Shown one piece after another: positions 1-6,600 of a stretch of DNA of 6,600 nt (its first letter is position 1; every line of letters starts with the position of its first letter). Where the stretch lies: the NCBI RefSeq assembly GCF_000142905.1, contig NW_013657613.1, forward strand, positions 1 through 6,600. Reading direction: 5' to 3'. This DNA is from Thecamonas trahens ATCC 50062 (Eukaryota > Protista > Apusomonadida). A model generated the notes under the pieces. That model did no database searches. It saw nothing but the letters and a program-made list of their open reading frames with translations, and was not told where the DNA came from. The position numbers were made by a program, and so were the translations under genes.

Positions 1-482
1 AACCCTAACACGTAAACCCCTAACCCTAACCCTAACCCTAACCCTAACCCAAGCTCACCCTAACCCTAACCCTAACCCTAACCCTAACCCTAACCCTAAC
101 CCTAACCCTAACCCTAACCCTAACCCTAACCCTAACCCTAACCCTAACCCTAACCCTAACCCTAACCCTAACCCTAACCCTAACCCTAACCCTAACCCTA
201 ACCCTAACCCTAACCCTAACCCTAACCCTAACCCTAACCCTAACCCTAACCCTAACCCTAACCCTAACCCTAACCCTAACCCTAACCCTAACCCTAACCC
301 TAACCCTAACCCTAACCCTAACCCTAACCCTAACCCTAACCCTAACCCTAACCCTAACCCTAACCCTAACCCTAACCCTAACCCTAACCCTAACCCTAAC
401 CCTAACCCTAACCCTAACCCTAACCCTAACCCTAACCCTAACCCTAACCCTAACCCTAACCCTAACCCTAACCCTAACCCTA
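1..482 (-). repeat. Telomeric repeat array (TTAGGG)n, seen as (CCCTAA)n on the + strand; chromosome terminus
   Basis: Perfect TAACCC x70 from 61 to 480, plus TA at 481-482. Bases 1-60 are the same repeat with two degenerate patches (about 10-20 and 51-56). The C-rich strand lies at the 5' start of the window, the orientation expected for a left chromosome end. Confidence 0.98.
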
Positions 483-526
483 GCTGATGCCTCGTCAACT
501 CTAGCTGATGCCTCGTCAACCCTAGC
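476..526. repeat. Telomere-junction 21-bp tandem repeat (~2.4 copies), unit AACCCTAGCTGATGCCTCGTC
   Basis: AACCCTAGCTGATGCCTCGTC (476-496), AACTCTAGCTGATGCCTCGTC (497-517, one C/T difference) and partial AACCCTAGC (518-526). Confidence 0.93.
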
Positions 527-789
527 CCCACTCCATTCCTCCCCACCGATCACCACGCACTCCACTTGCCACTCACTGCCTCCTTGCCACCCCTACCCAT
601 CCCATCCATGACCCACATCCACAGTCCCACTCACCCCATTATACTCAACCTCCATCCCACCATGCGCATGGCTGTTCATGGGCGTGAATTGAGTCTTTGA
701 TGGTGATTCACAATCCCCATCCCCCCATTGACACTTGCCGGTGTCACTCGTTCGGCCGAGTCGCATGTGCGAGTTGGTGGGTGACCTGA

Positions 790-1450
790 ATGTCATCCAA
801 CATTTTCATGATTCGCCACTCGTCACTTGTTCGATTGTTTGACATTGAATTGATTGTCATTGATCATTGTCAATTGATCTTTCGATTCTTTCTGCTTCTT
901 CTCTTGTTTGCTGAGTTGATTTCGTTGTTTGCCGTTCATGTTTCCACATGCTTTGTTGTTGCTATTGTCTGCCTTCATGCTCTGCTTTGTTTACTTTTGC
1001 CTTTGATGGTTGACTACAATTGACATGCATTCCCATTGATTATTGCCGTCGTTCTTGTTGTTGCTTTGTATCATTATTCGTCATGCTTCAATTGTTCTTG
1101 ATTCTCCTGTTTTCTTCGACCTTGACTTCAACATCCACCATCGGGCCTTGCTCACTACACTATCGATTCTCATCTTTCTTGTCGTCAGTCATGGTCAAGA
1201 GTTTTGCGTGCAATGTATTTTGCGTTGACTTTGTTGTGTCGTGGTCATGGTTGATCTGCAGATCTGAACGATCAACCGCGCCCTGCCTCATCGACCTCAA
1301 CGTCACCCGAGTCCATCCCATTGCCTGCTAGCTTTGTCCAGTCCCTGTTGGCTTACGCATACGTGTGCTGTGCAAGCCATGTATGATCTTTGGTTGTTGT
1401 TGTGGACGTCATTGCCTCGTTTGATGCTGGTTCCGGCTTTTCTTCAATTA
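790..1450. other. T-rich, lower-GC subtelomeric island enriched in TTG/CAA; possibly a C-to-T hypermutated repeat relic
   Basis: Visibly T-rich with dense TTG runs (e.g. tttgttgttgctattgtc, ttcttgttgttgctttgt) compared with the C-rich flanks. The compositional shift is seen directly; the hypermutation origin is inference. Boundaries are approximate. Confidence 0.55.
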
Positions 1451-1452
1451 AT

Positions 1453-2866
1453 TCAACGTTCACCTCAATTAACGTCCGCCGCCTTCCCTCTGCCGGCCAA
1501 GTACCCGCCGCCCCTATCGCCCACACCCCACACACACCCATCAGCAGTATCATACTTACCTTAATGAATGCGCAAGCTCAATCGCCATACCCACCACGCC
1601 TTCGCCCGTCCCGCCACCCACGTCACGACCCCCCTCATCCCCCCCTACCATACTCATTACGCCCCATTACCACCAACCACCACCCTCACCCCCTACTTCA
1701 CCACCATCACTATCATCCTAGCCACAACCACCACCACCTTGCCTTGGCCATCCTCACCACCATCCCATCGCGCCCGCGGCTTCCTCTTCCTCCTCCTCCT
1801 CCTCCTCTCCGAGCTCCAACTCACCCTCATCCTCTACCCGGACCCCAACACTGCCACCGCCCAACCATCACATGCCTTACTGCCCATCCACCAACCAACA
1901 TTAGTCTCAAGCCACCCAGCCTCGACCCAGCCCCCTCTGCTGCCCCGGCCTCGCCGACCACCAGCCGTCAGCCGCCGCCCGCTCGCCCGACCAGCCCACA
2001 CTCATCACCACGTAGCTCCCACCCACCACCAGCTACACAACCCGCGACCACACCCAAGGTCATCACTCGTTCCCAACTAGCTTCAGTACCAATATCGCCG
2101 TCATCGATACCCATCTTCCTCGGCTCATTTCCGCGTCGGCTTGTTTGCCTTAGGTGGTTGAGCACGTCCTCGACCGCCCGACCCCGCACATGCCCCCACC
2201 AATCGCATTGCAAGATATGGCCAATCTGATTTCACTACTAGTCTACTACATAAACACACTACGTTCATGCACAGTCTCCAATCCACAGCTGCTGTATTCC
2301 AGAATCCGAGTTCTGCCACCTGAGGCCCAAGTTGTTGGCCCTGTGTCCCTTCGAAGGTGCTGACCCCTCTCCCCGGGCCCATCTCCGACCCCCACTCCCC
2401 ACCATCTCCACCCACAACCACCACACCCACACCACACGTACTCACCACTCTTGCAAACATAGCCACTCACTCCCTGTCCGCCGATACGCACATCAGCCGA
2501 CACCATCCCGTCAACAGCATCTCTGCCGACCGCCGGCTGCTCGCCGCCGACCGCCGCCCGCCGCCAACAGACCACCGCCGGCACCACCGAGAGCAGGCTA
2601 GCCATCGACGGAGCATCGGAGGCGATGCATACGGATAGCTATATCAATGGCAATGCCTACCAGTGGGCTCTTCAACCCACTTCTCCCCTCCCTCTTCCGG
2701 CCTTGCCCATCACAGCCCCCGCCGGCCAGCTCATCGCCAGCCGCCCCTGCTGCCGATCACCGTGCCAGACGACGAAGCCACCGGGCTGGCCAAGACAAGG
2801 AAGAACAAGAGAGGGCAAGGGCAATCGATTGGCAATGCAGTGGTGGGCTAGAGTGCAGTGGTCTGC
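1453..2866 (+). repeat. Subtelomeric ~1.44-kb tandem duplication, copy A (telomere side)
   Basis: Collinear with 2898-4303 at an offset of 1437-1448. Anchors: 1453-1469 vs 2898-2914 (14/17), 1891-1928 = 3331-3368 (38 bp identical), 2275-2356 vs 3713-3794 (77/82), and AGAGTGCAGTGGTCTGC at 2850-2866 = 4287-4303. Confidence 0.92.
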
Positions 2867-2897
2867 ATTGTCCTCCAATCCCAAGCCATCGTCCCCA

Positions 2898-4303
2898 TCG
2901 ACGTCCATCTCAATCCAATCCGTCCGCCCTCCTCGCCCTTGCCGCCCAAGCCCCTCCACCCTCATCACCCACACCCCACACACACCCTTCATCCTCACCA
3001 TACCCACCCACATCAATCCTCAACCGCAATCTCCATACCCACCACCCCTTCGCCCGGCACGCCACCCACGTCACGACCCCCTCATCCCCCCTACCATACT
3101 CATTACGCCCCATCACCACAAACGACCACCCCACCCCTACCCCACCACCATCACTATCATCCTAGCCACAACCCCACCCCATGTCATGGCCCAGCCCACC
3201 ACCATCCCATCGCGCACTCAGCTTCCTCTTCCTCCTTATCCTCCTCGTCTTCTCGCTCTACCTCACCCCCATCCTCTCCCCGACCCTGACACCCATACCC
3301 TCAACCATCACAAGTCATACTGCCCAATCTCCAACCAACATTAGTCTCAAGCCACCCAGCCTCGACCCGCCCCTCAGCTGACCCTCCTCGCCGACCACCA
3401 GCCGCCAGCCGCCGCCCGCTCGCCCGATCAGGCCCACCTTCATCACCACCTAGCTCCTTCCCACTACCAGCCACGCTACCCACGACCACACCCAAGGTCA
3501 TCACACATCCCACACTATTACCAGTATCAATACCGTCGTCATCGACACCCATCGACCTCGGCTCATTTCCGCGTAGACTTGTTTGCCCTAGGTGGTTGAG
3601 CACGCCCTCGACCGCCCGACCCGCGCATGCCCCCCACCAACCTCATTGCAAGGTATGGCCAATCTGGTTTCACTTCTACCCTACTACATGCCCACACTAC
3701 CCCCTTGCACAGTCTCCAATCCATAGCTGCAGTATTCCGGAATCCGAGTTCTGCCACCGGAGGCCCAACTTGTTGGCCCTGTGTCCCTTCGAAGGTGCTG
3801 ACCCCCCTGCCGCGGGCCCATATCCGACCCCCACTCCCCACCATCCGCACCCACAACCACCACACCCACACCACACCTGCCCACCACCCGTGCAAACATA
3901 GCCACCCACTTCCTGCCCGCCGATATTCACATCAGCCGACGCCAACCCGTCAACAGCATCTCTGCCGGCCGCCTGCTGCCTGCCGCTGACCGCCGCCGCC
4001 GACCAGCGCCATCCGCCGCCCACCAACCGGCACGCCACCGGGGCCACCCATAGCGAGGTAGGCATGGATGCGGCACGGGAGAAGGTGCATGCGGGCGGTG
4101 ACATGGGTGGTGATGACTATCAGGCCCTTGCTGCACCCCCTACTTCCCTCTCTCTGCCGCCTTGCCCATCCCAATACCACCCGGCCTGCTGCTGCTGCCG
4201 TCGAGCCGTTGCTGCTACCGTCGACGGCAGACGGGGCCAGTGGGCTGGAGAGGGCGAGGAGGGAGGGAGGGGGGCGGTGGTTGACAAGAGTGCAGTGGTC
4301 TGC
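2898..4303 (+). repeat. Subtelomeric ~1.44-kb tandem duplication, copy B (centromere side)
   Basis: Same anchors as copy A. Similarity is high in the core (~3030-3980) and patchy in the last ~300 bp, where short anchors remain (CCTTGCCCATC at 2701 and 4160; the terminal 17-mer). Confidence 0.92.
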
Positions 4304-5064
4304 TGTTTGAGCCCGAGTCCTGCCGTACGTACCGTCGCCTGTCGACTGCTCGCTGGCCAGCAACTCGTCGCTCGCTCGCCCGCGCGCCCGACCAGCCGCA
4401 GCCAAGCCAGAGCGAACCGGAGCAAGCCCAGCACGACCTGCGGCTGGCTATGCGGAGGGAGTGGCAGAGAGTGAGGGTGAGGGGTGTAGATGGCTGGAGT
4501 GGGATGAGTGTGGTGGTGGTGGTGGCTGCTGGTGCTGTGGGCGAGGTGCGAGTGGTCGAGTGACGGCCTGCCACTGGTCGGTCAGCCACTCGTCGGCATG
4601 GGCGGTGTGCTGCTGCTGGTGGTGCTGGAGATGAGCAAGCACGAGCTTGAGGCGGCGATGCCCGGGTTGTTGATGATGAGGATGTTGATGGTGATGGGGG
4701 ATGGGGATGGGTGATGGTGATGGCTGGTGATGTGAGTGATGGTTGCGGCGGCGGCAGTGATGGTGGCGATGGCGGACGACGAGGTGAGGCGGTGACCGTA
4801 GCTGAGGCCGAGGCTACGACTGCTGGGGATGAGAGGGAGAAGGAGAGGGATGTGACGAGGGGGAGGATGAATGAACTATATGCCGGGAGGGAGGCAGCTG
4901 GTGTGGATGACCATCGGCGCCGGATCGCTGCCGGGCGGCCAAGTGAGCGATGGCCAAGGCGAGCGAGCGGGCCGAGGCCGATGTCGAGGCTGAGGTCGAG
5001 GGCGTGAGATCGGGATGGCAGGGGCAGCGTGAGCAAAAGGGCGAGTGGGAGGGGAGGCAGATAC

Positions 5065-5327
5065 NNNNNNNNNNNNNNNNNNNNNNNNNNNNNNNNNNNN
5101 NNNNNNNNNNNNNNNNNNNNNNNNNNNNNNNNNNNNNNNNNNNNNNNNNNNNNNNNNNNNNNNNNNNNNNNNNNNNNNNNNNNNNNNNNNNNNNNNNNNN
5201 NNNNNNNNNNNNNNNNNNNNNNNNNNNNNNNNNNNNNNNNNNNNNNNNNNNNNNNNNNNNNNNNNNNNNNNNNNNNNNNNNNNNNNNNNNNNNNNNNNNN
5301 NNNNNNNNNNNNNNNNNNNNNNNNNNN
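5065..5327. other. Assembly gap (263 N)
   Basis: Continuous run of N. The true size and the join across it are unverified. Confidence 0.99.
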
Positions 5328-5651
5328 GCCCGCCTGCGTCGCTGCTGATTGAGACCGGGCCCAAGTCTGGCTGGCCGAGGACAAGGCTCTCCCCCTATGA
5401 CTGGCTGGGCCCAAGTGCGATCGAGTTGCCGATGGGGCGCCGACGACGACGGGCACGGCGAGATGGACGACGACGAGGAGCGCGACGAGAGGGAGGGTGA
5501 GAGGTGGACGGCAACGACCATGACCAGTGTTGCTTGCTGGCTTGTGGTCTTGATGGTGTCGGCGTTGCGTGCGCGTTGGACCGACCTGCCTCGCCGGGAC
5601 CCGCCTCGCCGCCCGATCGGCTCACATGCCACCCTGACATGATCAACCTAC

Positions 5652-5681
5652 CTCTTGCTCTTGCTCTTGCTCTTGCTCTTG
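5652..5681. repeat. (CTCTTG)5 hexanucleotide microsatellite
   Basis: Five perfect CTCTTG units starting at 5652. Confidence 0.9.
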
Positions 5682-5840
5682 CTCTCCTCCCTCTCCTCCC
5701 TCTCCCTCTCCTCCCTCTCCCTCCTCTCCCTCTCCCTCCTCTCCCCCACTCTTCTCCCCCCCTCTCCCTGTCTTCATCATCTTCTCTCTACCCTCTCCTC
5801 CTCCTCCCCCTGCTCCCTCCTCCCTCCCTTACTCTACCCC
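5682..5840. repeat. Polypyrimidine (CT-rich) low-complexity tract
   Basis: Almost only C/T, built from CTCTCC/CTCC units, with few purine interruptions. Confidence 0.88.
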
Positions 5841-5970
5841 AAGCCTGACTGCCGATGCTGTTGCTGGTGCTGCTGATGATTGCTTGCGCCAGGCCCAACT
5901 CCTCTGACTGGCCTCTGCTACTCGAGGGCAACCAGCCTGTGCTTGCCCAAGTGACCGACCGATCAACCGC

Positions 5971-6042
5971 GACCAACCAACCAACCGACCAACCAACCGA
6001 CCAACCGAGTGAGTGATTGATTGATTCATTGACTGACTGACG
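5971..6042. repeat. Compound tetranucleotide microsatellite (RACC)9-(GAGT)2-(GATT)3-CATT-(GACT)2-GACG
   Basis: 18 consecutive 4-nt units in one register, all with A at the second position. Confidence 0.85.
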
Positions 6043-6100
6043 AGTGACGGTTCGATCAGTGGCCGGGCCCAAGTCTGGATTGTTCAAGACAAGGAGGGGA

Positions 6101-6267
6101 AGGGGGGAGGTGGTGTTGGTGGTGTCCTCTATCATCCGCAGCATCCCGATGATGTCTGTATCCCCAGGGGGCTGCCGCCCCCCTGGACCCCCCGCTGCGC
6201 TGCGCTGGCTCGACGATGGTGTTGCCCTGGTTCTTGGGGTGGGCCCGTTGATGGTTGGTTGCCTGTC
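6101..6267 (+). repeat. Direct repeat, copy 1 (contains GC hairpin GGGGGC-TGCC-GCCCCC)
   Basis: 6101-6226 matches 6366-6491 with one mismatch (6160 A vs 6425 C). 6240-6267 is identical to 6524-6551. Confidence 0.95.
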
Positions 6268-6286
6268 CCCAGACCCCGCTGGCGTT

Positions 6287-6318
6287 CGGTAGGTCGGTCG
6301 GTCGGTTAGTCGGTCGCT
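6287..6318. repeat. Degenerate (CGGT)n tetranucleotide tract
   Basis: CGGT AGGT CGGT CGGT CGGT TAGT CGGT CGCT, the reverse-complement type of the (RACC)n tract at 5971-6006. Confidence 0.7.
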
Positions 6319-6365
6319 ACCACTCGCTCACTCCCCTCGCTACCGCTCAAGAACAAGGACAAGTG

Positions 6366-6551
6366 AGGGGGGAGGTGGTGTTGGTGGTGTCCTCTATCAT
6401 CCGCAGCATCCCGATGATGTCTGTCTCCCCAGGGGGCTGCCGCCCCCCTGGACCCCCCGCTGCGCTGCGCTGGCTCGACGATGGTGTTGCCTTGGGTCTT
6501 GTGTGGCGTCGCCTGCCTTGGCCTGGGCCCGTTGATGGTTGGTTGCCTGTC
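6366..6551 (+). repeat. Direct repeat, copy 2 (net 19 bp longer than copy 1)
   Basis: The offset from copy 1 is 265 bp for the first block and 284 bp for the second block. Confidence 0.95.
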
Positions 6552-6600
6552 GTCGTCTCTTATCTTCCCTGTCCTCGCTCCGCACTGCTTCTTACGACTC

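Noticed and set aside
476-526. CRISPR-like array
   Set aside because: The units are directly adjacent with no spacers, the context is a eukaryotic telomere, and there are no cas genes.
44-565. ORFs encoding poly-(RV) and poly-(GL)
   Set aside because: These are translations of (TTAGGG)n, which lacks stops in two frames. Nothing here shows they are genes.
660-671. 12-bp palindrome CCATGCGCATGG
   Set aside because: About one or two palindromes of this length are expected by chance in 6.6 kb.
1161-1195. Hammerhead-ribozyme-like CUGACGA-caa-GAAA on the minus strand (of interest because telomeric Penelope-like elements carry hammerheads)
   Set aside because: There is no room for helix II, the required U-H cleavage site after helix III is absent, and helix I does not pair. 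CTGATGC at 484/505 and CTGATGA at 5873 also lack the rest of the core.
790-1331. Hydrophobic membrane-protein-like ORFs (790-1023, 1020-1331)
   Set aside because: The hydrophobicity follows from the T-rich composition. The ORFs are short, start at non-ATG codons and resemble no known family.
1390-3344. Long Pro/His/Thr-rich + strand ORFs (1390-2229, 1568-2080, 2625-3344, 2647-3165)
   Set aside because: They result from C-rich low complexity. Frames are not preserved between the two duplicate copies (C-run indels), and no domain is recognisable.
4215-5632. ORFs spanning the N gap (e.g. 413 aa at 4215-5456, 272 aa at 4814-5632)
   Set aside because: Their length is an artefact of reading through 263 Ns, and the flanking translation is low-complexity.
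527-6600. Telomere-linked RecQ helicase or telomeric retrotransposon (TLH/Y'-like, MoTeR, SART/TRAS, Athena/Coprina)
   Set aside because: No helicase Walker A/DEAH motifs, RT YxDD-type domain context or endonuclease motifs in the provided ORFs, and no interstitial telomere tracts at repeat junctions.

Overview
This is a eukaryotic chromosome end read inward from the tip. It starts with a ~480-bp (CCCTAA)n/(TTAGGG)n telomere that runs directly into a 2.4-copy 21-bp repeat containing a telomere-like motif. The subtelomere that follows is low-complexity and apparently non-coding. It contains a T-rich, TTG/CAA-rich island (~790-1450), a diverged ~1.44-kb near head-to-tail tandem duplication (~1453-2866 and ~2898-4303), a G-rich segment of opposite strand skew interrupted by a 263-N assembly gap, several microsatellite and polypyrimidine tracts, and a near-identical ~170-190-bp direct repeat carrying a GC hairpin. 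None of the six-frame ORFs resembles a protein family I recognise, and I see no RecQ helicase, reverse transcriptase or transposase motifs. The organism cannot be named, because TTAGGG telomeres occur in fungi, many protists and animals. I cannot support a claim of a novel system. The best leads are the telomere-junction repeat, a possible decayed exon/intron relic inside the 1.44-kb unit, and a possible hypermutated inverted copy of an internal segment.
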